Shown here piece by piece: positions 51,647 to 60,223 of a stretch of 64,000 nucleotides of DNA. The DNA comes from Bdellovibrionales bacterium. GTDB lineage: Bacteria > Bdellovibrionota > Bdellovibrionia > Bdellovibrionales > UBA1609. The notes under the pieces were generated by a model that ran no database searches, was not told the origin of the DNA, and worked only from the letters and a program-made list of their open reading frames with translations. The translations under genes and the position numbers were made by a program. The stretch is from the NCBI GenBank assembly GCA_965219095.1, contig CBDCMT010000001.1:672001-736000 (forward strand), read 5' to 3'. Each line of letters opens with the position of its first letter. Position 1 is the stretch's first letter.

Positions 51647-51730
51647 TTCAGAGCTGAAAGGGATTCTCTTCAATTTTGTTCAATTCTGAAAGCTTTTTTT
51701 ATAGACTAAAATAAGGTTTTTCACGCTGAA
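51647..51730. promoter_or_regulatory. Candidate operator array TTCA-N(3-4)-TGAA x3
   Basis: ttcagagctgaa 51647, ttcaattctgaa 51679, ttcacgctgaa 51720. Confidence 0.55.
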
Positions 51731-51775
51731 AGAGATTTCTGTTTATTTTCTTCTATCATGACAACCCTTATTAAA

Positions 51776-52354
51776 TCATTTTTTTCTAAACTTAATATGA
51801 GGTTTTAGAATAAATTTTAGCTGTTCGATGTCTTGTTCAATCTTTTTTTTATGCCCATTAGAGCCATAGATATTTTTTAAATTGTTAGCGACCACTTCTG
51901 CCCCACGGGTATCAACATAACTTTCTGACCATGTCTCTTTAATTTCTATTATTTCATTATATTCTATCAAAGCTTTCTTAATAGTGTTTTCTATGTCTCT
52001 TAGGAGTTCAAATGCTTGATCTTCTAAAAAAATTTGAACACTTTTAATGCTAGAAGAAAGAGATTCCAAATCTTTTTTATAGAAATCCATTTTTCTAATT
52101 ACTTTTTTCCTCATCCTTTCATATTCTTTTAAACCCTCATCTTCCTGATTCGTACTTTCAAGGGGAGGGAAGAATGAATTATAAACTTCTTTGATTCTTA
52201 ATGCACAATAAAGAGCCTCAGAGGCAACTTCTGCATTCTTCTTTAATAAGGCTTCTTTTTTCCAGTTATTAAATGAATAATATCCAAGCCAGACTAAACC
52301 TAAGCCTCCTATTCCTGAAAAAAGCAAACCTATTGCAGAAAGAAAATCACACAT
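51776..52354 (-). CDS. Hypothetical protein with N-terminal TM helix and helical body
   Basis: 192-aa ORF directly downstream of 52378..52680. Confidence 0.7.
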   Translation of the reverse strand: MCDFLSAIGLLFSGIGGLGLVWLGYYSFNNWKKEALLKKNAEVASEALYCALRIKEVYNSFFPPLESTNQEDEGLKEYERMRKKVIRKMDFYKKDLESLSSSIKSVQIFLEDQAFELLRDIENTIKKALIEYNEIIEIKETWSESYVDTRGAEVVANNLKNIYGSNGHKKKIEQDIEQLKFILKPHIKFRKK

Positions 52355-52377
52355 TTGAATATTTGTGAATATAATAT

Positions 52378-52680
52378 TTAGTTTCCACCAACAGTCCCCA
52401 TATCAACTCTCATACTAGAAACCTGAAACTCGTTTCCTAATGAGAATTTAGAAAGGTTTTGTTCTTCTAATGCAATTTCCTCAACCAAAATAGGGTTATA
52501 CCCTAAATCAAGGAGTCTTTCTTTGTTTTCCTCAACACTTAAATCCTTATTATTTTCAACTTCAAAGCTAATTTCTAAAGCTTCATAAAAAAGGTCAGAT
52601 ATTTCTTCAAATTCAAAAGAGGTGTATCCAAAAGACTGAAAGCTAAATAACAAAATTAAATAAAAAATCATATTCTTCAT
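52378..52680 (-). CDS. Small secreted acidic protein ending MGTVGGN
   Basis: Signal peptide (SFG|Y), acidic body, ATGA overlap with the regulator, ggag RBS. Confidence 0.8.
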   Translation of the reverse strand: MKNMIFYLILLFSFQSFGYTSFEFEEISDLFYEALEISFEVENNKDLSVEENKERLLDLGYNPILVEEIALEEQNLSKFSLGNEFQVSSMRVDMGTVGGN

Positions 52681-53525
52681 TGTTCTTCTCCTGTAGATAT
52701 TTCTGGTTGAGTAAGGGTATCTGAGCCTAAAATGAAAAAAGAGTGTTCTCCATTTTCATCTTCCTCAGAATAGAGTTTTGTTAGTTCATCAATGGCATTT
52801 TTCATAATTTCTTTCTGCCTCCTTCTTTTTTCAGAGCTTAACTTCCCACAAAGAGTTTTAAATTGATTAAGTCCTTTATCTACTTCTGTGGGTTTTAAAT
52901 AGTAAGCTAAGTCACTTATCATTTTCTTTGTAATGGTATTGTCAATATACTGATTTTGATGTTGCCCTGTAATCCTTCCAGTTTCATCTTTTACTAAAAT
53001 CTTATCTTTTAACATTTTATCTAAAACCTCTAAAGCAAAAGAGTCTAAAGTGTTGGCAATTTCACTTTTTGTAGTTCCACCCTTATTATAAGCTAAAACA
53101 GTAATAATTCGCCCTTCTCTTGTCTGCAAATAGCTTTCCTTAATGGGACTGATTATGGCTTCAAAGTTTACAGTCTCAAGCCCTTCAAAGGATTTTCTTA
53201 AAAATTTCCCCAGCTGTCCTTTTGTGTTTTGAAGAATGTCTTTGATTGTATTTCCGCGATAAACGCCAAAAACAATTTTTCTAACAACCTCTGCTGAAAT
53301 CTTCTTCTTTGTCACCCCGGTTAATAGGTAGTGAATAGTTGTAGAGCTTAGGCTATTTCTAGCACAAAAGCCATTAGCTGAAATGTTAGGATTCTTATCT
53401 AAATAGCTTTGTAAGACTTCTTTTAGTTCAGAGATCATTTCTGAGTAAATAATATCTTTTTTATCTCTCGTAGAGGCATAAGGGAGGCGTTTTTCTACTT
53501 TTCCAAAATTTGTATTCTCAATCAT
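52677..53525 (-). CDS. HTH regulator (XRE-like HTH, winged helix, C-terminal domain; TIGR02147/DUF4423-like)
   Basis: NPNISANGFCARNSLSSTTIHYLLTG; GTTKSEIANTL...LDKMLKDKIL; aagga RBS before MIEN; family by recognition only. Confidence 0.65.
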   Translation of the reverse strand: MIENTNFGKVEKRLPYASTRDKKDIIYSEMISELKEVLQSYLDKNPNISANGFCARNSLSSTTIHYLLTGVTKKKISAEVVRKIVFGVYRGNTIKDILQNTKGQLGKFLRKSFEGLETVNFEAIISPIKESYLQTREGRIITVLAYNKGGTTKSEIANTLDSFALEVLDKMLKDKILVKDETGRITGQHQNQYIDNTITKKMISDLAYYLKPTEVDKGLNQFKTLCGKLSSEKRRRQKEIMKNAIDELTKLYSEEDENGEHSFFILGSDTLTQPEISTGEEQ

Positions 53526-53591
53526 AAAAGTTCCTTTTGAGATTTGATATAACACTAGAAAAAAGAAATCAAGCCTCTTGAAAGAATATTG

Positions 53592-53654
53592 TTCCAACTA
53601 GAAAACTTTTTACTTACTTTTTTCCATTTGGAAAGTGTGTTATTCCACATGGAA
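53592..53654. promoter_or_regulatory. Candidate operator array TTCCA-NN-TGGAA x3 between divergent genes
   Basis: ttccaactagaa 53592, tttccatttggaaa 53621, ttccacatggaa 53643. Confidence 0.65.
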
Positions 53655-53817
53655 AGGTTTTTTTAAAAACTATGCATCATTTTTTCTAAGTGGGAAACTA
53701 TTTAGAATCATTAAGTTTTTTCTCTTGATTTTTTCCTTTGAAGAAGCTTAAAACATTCAAACTATAGAAAAACAAAGACTAGATCTCTTCTTCATTTATC
53801 AATCAAAAGGAGAAAAT

Positions 53818-54321
53818 ATGAATAAAAAAGAACTAGAAGTCTTAAGAAGAAAGTCTAAAAAATGGTCACCACAAGAATGGGAAAGCTATCTTAAAGCCAT
53901 AGAGGTAGAGCGTTCTGAGAGTTTGATTTCCCCTAAGAAGCATGAAAAATTACAGAAGAAGGATAACCTCTTTCTCTGGAGTGATGATGTCTCTGAAGAG
54001 AAGTCTGACGAATTTAAAGTGCTTGCAAAAAAAGCTTTAAACCAGCTTACATTTAAGCAAAGAACTGTTATTAAAATGATCTTTTGGGACGGACTCTCTG
54101 AAAAGGAGATTTCAAAAAAATTATGCCTCTCCACTTCTTCCGTGAGAGACCGAAAAGCTCAAGGATTACAAAAGGTTAGAGCCTATTTTAAGGGCTTCAT
54201 ACCGACCGTGTCCCCCTATATAGGGGCTAAAAAAACTTCGAACGCCCTCAAACCCATTTCTCAAGCCAGTTTATCTCATGCTATTTTTGCGTCTAAAAAG
54301 GGGAGACATCATGTTGCTTGA
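53818..54321 (+). CDS. Sigma-70 region-4 HTH protein
   Basis: ALNQLTFKQRTVIKMIFWDGLSEKEISKKL; aaggag RBS. Confidence 0.8.
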   Translation: MNKKELEVLRRKSKKWSPQEWESYLKAIEVERSESLISPKKHEKLQKKDNLFLWSDDVSEEKSDEFKVLAKKALNQLTFKQRTVIKMIFWDGLSEKEISKKLCLSTSSVRDRKAQGLQKVRAYFKGFIPTVSPYIGAKKTSNALKPISQASLSHAIFASKKGRHHVA

Positions 54322-54532
54322 AGAAAAACTCCACAAAGCTTTATGGAACCTAAACCCAGAGGAAAAAGTTATTATCCATTGTCGATTCTGGGAGCACATG
54401 AGTATTTTAGAAATTTCACATTTTCTAGGTTACTCATGGGATGAAACCTATCAACTACTCAATGAAACTCTAAAAGAGCTAAGAGAAGAGCTTGCAGATT
54501 ATCAAGATTATTCACTAAAGAACGCTTCGTAG
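54311..54532 (+). CDS. Second sigma-70 region-4-like HTH protein
   Basis: ALWNLNPEEKVIIHCRFWEHMSILEISHFLG; ggggag RBS. Confidence 0.75.
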   Translation: MLLEEKLHKALWNLNPEEKVIIHCRFWEHMSILEISHFLGYSWDETYQLLNETLKELREELADYQDYSLKNAS

Positions 54533-54552
54533 AAAAACAAAAGGAGGAGTTT

Positions 54553-54996
54553 ATGAATTCAAATATATTAAAAATAGAACCTAAATTTTCAGAAAAGCCA
54601 GAGGCAAAAACTTTTGAAATCTTTAAAGGAGAAAGAGATAACTATGGGAAAGTCAGAAGAAAGCGAACACTTGGCCAAGCTAGAATTTTTGAAGGAGCAA
54701 AGACTTACCATGTGTTTATCAAAACTCTTTTAAGGGCAAAATTTTATCTTTTACCTGAAAACAGGAATCCTCAAAAATATGAGTATGTCATTTTAACAAG
54801 AGAGCCAAGTCAGACTCCTGATAAAAAGTACTACTGGAATAGTGTGGGAGAAGGAAAGATTCTCATGGGACAAAATCAAGGTCTTATGAAGCTTGAATGG
54901 GATTTTTTTGGAAGTGACGATATTTATATGAAACTCGATCCTATGGAAGAAAAAGCACCAGAGAGTATTGACTTAAAGGGGGCTAGTAATGAATAA
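54553..54996 (+). CDS. Hypothetical protein of the conjugation operon
   Basis: aggagg RBS; overlaps the pilin gene. Confidence 0.7.
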   Translation: MNSNILKIEPKFSEKPEAKTFEIFKGERDNYGKVRRKRTLGQARIFEGAKTYHVFIKTLLRAKFYLLPENRNPQKYEYVILTREPSQTPDKKYYWNSVGEGKILMGQNQGLMKLEWDFFGSDDIYMKLDPMEEKAPESIDLKGASNE

Positions 54997-55288
54997 GGCT
55001 TATCGGTTTAAAAAAATTGTAGGCTTTCTATGTCTTACAGGAGCTTTTTATTTGCTCCTGCAAGAGCCAGTATTTGCAAGCCTTGAGAGTTCACTGGTCA
55101 GCATCAAATCAAGGCTTACAGGGGTCATCTTGCCCCTTGTTTCTGTGATTGGGCTTGTAGTAGCAACCTTTAGCTTTATTACAGGAAATCCTAATGCAAA
55201 ACAACATATTATCTATGCTCTCGTGGGGTCGGCGATTGGGTTTGGAGCTCAGTCAATCATTGATTTTATAAGTTTTACTATTTACTAA
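54989..55288 (+). CDS. TrbC/VirB2-type conjugative pilin
   Basis: Signal ending VFA followed by two hydrophobic helices; upstream of virB3/B4. Confidence 0.75.
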   Translation: MNKAYRFKKIVGFLCLTGAFYLLLQEPVFASLESSLVSIKSRLTGVILPLVSVIGLVVATFSFITGNPNAKQHIIYALVGSAIGFGAQSIIDFISFTIY

Positions 55289-56131
55289 ATCTTTCAAAAA
55301 TAAATTATATATATTTAGACCAATGCCTACTTCAATACTGACAAGGCTTACCCAAGTCCTACTTTCTATTTCAGGCATGAAACTCTGAAAAATAGTAATA
55401 ATCAATATAAAAATCAAGAAAAAATAAACCTGAGGTTTAATCAGCTTTAATTCTTTTAAAGAATTGTGCCATAAATGCAAAAACAAAGAACTGGATGAGA
55501 TTAAAATAAATACGAAAAGTATCCACAAAAGTTTTTCTATAAACTGAAATAAGCTCATCTTATTTTCCCTTTCTATCTTTCCACCCATTCTATTTTCAAC
55601 CGTGTTCTTATTTTTATTAAGTTTTCCTAGATTTTCCATTACATTCTTCTTTGACTCTCCTTGTGATCTTACAATAGCCATTACTTTCGGAGAAATAGAA
55701 TGGCTATTGTACTGATATGAAAAATCAGAAGGTAATTGATAGAAAACGGTAATGTCTTTATTGATTTCCTTTGAATTTTCTCTTATTAAAAGGTGAGAAG
55801 ATTTTTTATAGTTAAAGATTTCATTAAATATTTTCAAAGATTTTTTATCTTTTGGCACAAGATAAGCATAATTGTATTCTCCAGAAAAACTAATTTCTTC
55901 TTTTTTCAAAAGAGATCTAAAATTTTTATTTTTCTTATGAAGATCAAAGCCCATAAAATTTTCTTCTACAAAATCCATAATTGGCTGTTTAACAGATTCA
56001 CTTTTTATAAAATATTCAGTTTGCAATACAAAAGGTAAAATTATTAGTAATAACCCTATGATGTTACTAATCTGAATATTATTTGATTTTATTTTCTTTG
56101 CTTTCACATTTGTAGGTATATCGTAAATCAT
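55253..56131 (-). CDS. Hypothetical multi-pass membrane protein (antisense cargo)
   Basis: 292-aa ORF; one N-terminal and about three C-terminal TM helices; very AT-rich. Confidence 0.65.
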   Translation of the reverse strand: MIYDIPTNVKAKKIKSNNIQISNIIGLLLIILPFVLQTEYFIKSESVKQPIMDFVEENFMGFDLHKKNKNFRSLLKKEEISFSGEYNYAYLVPKDKKSLKIFNEIFNYKKSSHLLIRENSKEINKDITVFYQLPSDFSYQYNSHSISPKVMAIVRSQGESKKNVMENLGKLNKNKNTVENRMGGKIERENKMSLFQFIEKLLWILFVFILISSSSLFLHLWHNSLKELKLIKPQVYFFLIFILIITIFQSFMPEIESRTWVSLVSIEVGIGLNIYNLFLKDLVNSKTYKIND

Positions 56132-56180
56132 AAGAAAAACAAGCTATTTTTATTTAATTATTTTAGATATAGGAGGAAAG

Positions 56181-56528
56181 ATGAGCTTACTCACATCAAA
56201 AACCCCTCGACAACTTGAGGGAAAACTAAAACTACTAGGCTTTGAACTTATAGACTTACTTTTAATTTTTCTATACCTCTCAATCAGCAACCTATTATTC
56301 GGACAAACCACGCTTAAATTTCCAATTGTTTATATAGGCTCAATAACCCTTGCCATAACTCTCTACTTTACAAAAAAAGGCAAACCAGAAAACTATCTCC
56401 AAGATAAACTCCAAAGCCTTACTAACCCAAGTACATACTCCGCCAATCTTCCTGACACCAAATACAAACCTTATTTTAAAAGGGAGAGTTATGAACAAAA
56501 ACCCAACACCTCTAAAGAACTTCTCTGA
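56181..56528 (+). CDS. VirB3/TraL-like membrane protein
   Basis: Two TM helices, KGKPENYL; overlaps virB4; aggagg RBS. Confidence 0.65.
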   Translation: MSLLTSKTPRQLEGKLKLLGFELIDLLLIFLYLSISNLLFGQTTLKFPIVYIGSITLAITLYFTKKGKPENYLQDKLQSLTNPSTYSANLPDTKYKPYFKRESYEQKPNTSKELL

Positions 56529-58944
56529 ATTTACTACCGAACACTCTCTCGCCGAACAACTTCCCTTTTGGGATTTCTTTGATAACTCCGTTGCTTTATC
56601 TGACGGCACTCTTGTTCAAGGACTAAAGCTAGAAGGCTTAGCAATTGAATCTAAAACTCATGAAAAAATAAACTCTCTTACTCTAGCTTTGCGTTCTTTT
56701 TTAAACGGACTTATTGACAATACAGAAATTAGCTTCTTCATAAAAAGCCACTCTGATCACAGCACAATCTTAGAAACTCACGAAAAACTAAAATCACACA
56801 ATAAAAACATCAATGAAATATCAAAAGACAGGCTAAATCTTTTAAAAAAGGAATGTCTTAATGAAAACCTTTTAAGAAAAGACATTTACGTCTTTATCTA
56901 CAACAGACCAGAAAATATAGCTAACAAAAAATCACTCTTTGACTTTTTCAAAACTCGCAAATCTTTCCAAAGCATTACACAAAAAAAACACGAACGAAGA
57001 TTAAAAAACACTCAAACTCTCACCACTTCTATTGCCGACACACTTTCTACTTCTGGAATAAAAAGCAAAACCTTAAGTAAAAAAGAAATTAAAAACCTTA
57101 TTTATGAATTTTTAAACCCAGAGAGGTCAAAGCACCAACCAACCCCTAAAGAAAATACCTCCCACAAAGAGCAAGTCTTTAAACCAAAAGAGTTAGAAAT
57201 TATTCCTGAACTTTCTTGCACCTCTCCTCGTGAAGAGCTTATATTTTCTGATTTTGTTACTGGACACAAAGACCTTTTCTATGATGAACACTACCACAGA
57301 ATTTTAACTCTAAAAACTCTACCTGAATACACTCAAAGCTCACTCATTGAAAGGCTTATAAATTTTCCTATGGCATTTTTTCTATTCATTCATATTAAAG
57401 TGCCCAATCAATCAAAAGAGCTATCCTTACTACAAATGAAAAGACGAATGGCACATTCTATGAGTTTATCTCGAAACGAAAGAGTTAGTGATATTGAAAG
57501 TGAATCTCAGGCCGACTCTATAGAGGAATTAATCAGAGACGTCATAGAAACTGGGCAGAAGATTTTCTTTTTTCAAATGGCAATTAAATTGCAGGATAAA
57601 AGTCCAGATAACTTAGAAGCAAAATCAAAATCCATAATGAATGTTTTTCGCCAGCTAAATGGAGCCGAAGGATTTGAGGAGACTTTGGCAAGCTTTAAAG
57701 TTTTTAAAACCCTTATTCCTTTTGGCAATTTAACTATGGCAAGGCCTAAAAAAATAAAAGCAAATAACCTTGCTGATTTTTTACCAGTTTATCAAAGCTA
57801 CACAGGAGTAGATCAAAAACCAATTTGTCTCTTTAGAAACAGAGAAAAAGCCCTTGTTAAATATGATCCATTTCATTCTAAACTTTCTAACTACAATTCT
57901 TTGGTTACAGGCTCCAGTGGATCGGGGAAGAGCTTTTTAAACAATCTTATTTTGCTTCAATCTATCAAGGAAAACTCCATGAATTTTATTATTGATATTG
58001 GCGGAAGCTACAGAAAAATTTGCAAACTAATAGGAGGTCAGTATGTTGATGTTGCCCCATCATCTAATAACTCAGAAGAAAATCCCAATTCACTCTCGTT
58101 TAATCCGTTTGCATTACAAGGAAACGCAAAGGCTCCAAATTCAGGAAAGATTAAATTCTTATTGGCACTTATGGAGAACTTATTAACGGATGTTGAGGGA
58201 GAGAAACTTCCCAAATTAGAACGTGCTTTATTAGAGGAAAAAATTGATGAACTTTATAAGTTCAATAAAACTCCAAGACTCTCGGACTTTAAAAATCTAC
58301 TTAAAAATTCAAATGATAAAAAACTTCAAAACTTTGCTAAAATGCTCTATCCTTGGACAAGTTCAACTCCTTACGGAAAACTTCTAGACACTCAAGGAAA
58401 CTTTAAAACTGAAAATGATTTTGTAGTTTTTGATCTTAAAGGATTATCAAATTACCCAGACCTTCAAAGTGTTATGATTTTAATTATCACTGATTTTATT
58501 TTACAAAGAGTAGAATCCAACGACACTAAAACAACTTTAAAAAAGAAACGCATTTTAATGGATGAGTGTTGGGAGCTACTTAAGGGAAAGGCTAGTTCAA
58601 ATTTTATGGAGTATTGTGTGCGAACTCTTAGAAAAACTGGATCTGGCATAACATTCATCACTCAAGGGATAGAGGAAATTGCAAATCATGAAATAGGCTC
58701 TGCAATCTTAAACAACACTGCCACGAAATTTATCCTCCAACAAAAAGGAGACCTAAAACCTGTTGAGAAGATATTAAAGCTTAATGAGAGGGAACTCTCC
58801 CTTGTAGCAAGCCTTCAAAGTAAAAAAAGAGAGTTTTCAGAGGCTTTTATGATTCAGGGAGAAGAAAAAACTGTCATAAAGCTCTATCCCTCGCAAAAAG
58901 AGTATTGGATAGCCACCAGTGATGCTGAAGATAAATTAAAATAA
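56491..58944 (+). CDS. virB4: VirB4/TraC-type conjugation ATPase
   Basis: GSSGSGKSF, IIDIGGSY, DECW, RTLRKTG, ITQ. Confidence 0.9.
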   Translation: MNKNPTPLKNFSEFTTEHSLAEQLPFWDFFDNSVALSDGTLVQGLKLEGLAIESKTHEKINSLTLALRSFLNGLIDNTEISFFIKSHSDHSTILETHEKLKSHNKNINEISKDRLNLLKKECLNENLLRKDIYVFIYNRPENIANKKSLFDFFKTRKSFQSITQKKHERRLKNTQTLTTSIADTLSTSGIKSKTLSKKEIKNLIYEFLNPERSKHQPTPKENTSHKEQVFKPKELEIIPELSCTSPREELIFSDFVTGHKDLFYDEHYHRILTLKTLPEYTQSSLIERLINFPMAFFLFIHIKVPNQSKELSLLQMKRRMAHSMSLSRNERVSDIESESQADSIEELIRDVIETGQKIFFFQMAIKLQDKSPDNLEAKSKSIMNVFRQLNGAEGFEETLASFKVFKTLIPFGNLTMARPKKIKANNLADFLPVYQSYTGVDQKPICLFRNREKALVKYDPFHSKLSNYNSLVTGSSGSGKSFLNNLILLQSIKENSMNFIIDIGGSYRKICKLIGGQYVDVAPSSNNSEENPNSLSFNPFALQGNAKAPNSGKIKFLLALMENLLTDVEGEKLPKLERALLEEKIDELYKFNKTPRLSDFKNLLKNSNDKKLQNFAKMLYPWTSSTPYGKLLDTQGNFKTENDFVVFDLKGLSNYPDLQSVMILIITDFILQRVESNDTKTTLKKKRILMDECWELLKGKASSNFMEYCVRTLRKTGSGITFITQGIEEIANHEIGSAILNNTATKFILQQKGDLKPVEKILKLNERELSLVASLQSKKREFSEAFMIQGEEKTVIKLYPSQKEYWIATSDAEDKLK

Positions 58945-58988
58945 ATGTAGAACCGAATGCTTGATTTTAAACTTCAAGATTTTAAAAT

Positions 58989-59612
58989 TTAATCATTATC
59001 ACAAATACTTGAAGAGTACTTTTCTTGTACCTCCTGATTTTTAGGGAAAACAACCAAAATAGCATTGCCTTTGCTTTTCTTAATCTGAACAGTAATATTT
59101 TGTCCTTCTTTATCTTTTAATATTAAAGAATCCCCTCTTTTCAAATGATTATAAGAGCTTGGCACTCTTAAGATTGCTTTGTTACCTTTACTTTTCAATG
59201 CAGAAAACATCTCACATTTATCATTTAAAGGTTGATCGTAAATAATAGCTTTTATAATTGCTTTACCCATACCCCAACTACTAAAACCAATTCCTTCAGT
59301 ATCGACATTTTCAATAATCAAAGCGTCTGCACCACATTTGCAAGCATGAGGTTTTGCTTGGCTGATAGCTTCATTGACATTTCTACCGTGGAATACAGTC
59401 GTTCCTGTTCTTGAGTCTATTAGACATGCTACTTTATATTTTTTTTTAATTTCTTTAGCACTTGAATAAACATCTAAATTACAAGTAGGGGGCTTTTCAG
59501 TGGTATTAATACCTGAAATTCTTGTAGTACCAACACTAGCACAAGCATTAAGAAAGATTAAAGGTAGAATGATCAAAAATTTCATGCTTTTCATGCTTTT
59601 CATGCTTTTCAT
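58989..59612 (-). CDS. Hypothetical lipoprotein
   Basis: LNAC lipobox; ACKCGADALII resembles YbjQ/RcsF-like domains; start within MKS repeats. Confidence 0.7.
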   Translation of the reverse strand: MKSMKSMKSMKFLIILPLIFLNACASVGTTRISGINTTEKPPTCNLDVYSSAKEIKKKYKVACLIDSRTGTTVFHGRNVNEAISQAKPHACKCGADALIIENVDTEGIGFSSWGMGKAIIKAIIYDQPLNDKCEMFSALKSKGNKAILRVPSSYNHLKRGDSLILKDKEGQNITVQIKKSKGNAILVVFPKNQEVQEKYSSSICDND

Positions 59613-59616
59613 GCTT
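59581..59616. repeat. 9-bp tandem repeat ttcatgctt x4
   Basis: Read directly; encodes MKS repeats. Confidence 0.9.
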
Positions 59617-60223
59617 ACGTTAAGATTAGCATTTTATAGCCCAATCTTAATTGGCAAAAGGTCTAGTTTTCTATGGATAAATATAAAAATTTTTCTCTTT
59701 AGAATATGATAGTCGAAATCAAAAACGGTCATTAGGAGCTAGACTTGATGGGACTGGTGTGTCTCTAGAATAGGACGCATCTCCATAGCTGGTGAAGGGG
59801 AAAATCAAGAGAAATTCATAAAATTAAAACTAAAAGCTAGCCTTACGGTGTAATAGTTCTATTTAAGTTCTCAAATTATTTTGTCGATAAATAAAATATG
59901 TGAAACCGAAGCAAATGAGGAACAGCTTCTAATGAATAAATTTCTTTTATACAATATCTTTCTTTTAAGCCTTTTTCTCTTTAGTTGTAACGATTCTAAA
60001 AAGCCATCAGTTACAACTCCTCCATCTAGTTCAAATTGCAAAACGGGTTACCATTTAGAAAATAATAAATGTGTTCCTAATACTAGAAATTGTGTTCCTA
60101 ACGGAGAAGGCTCTCAAACTTGGGAAAACGATGCTTGGGGAGCTTGCACATTTTCAAGTTGCAACACAAATTATCATGAAGAAGGTGGTTTCTGTGTTTC
60201 TAACACAAGAAGTTGTGACATTA

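Noticed and set aside
50216..52680. GGN-ending secreted proteins as ubiquitin-like modifiers for the adjacent E1
   Set aside because: They carry signal peptides and lack a recognisable beta-grasp pattern, and the operon has its own Ubl; not fully excluded
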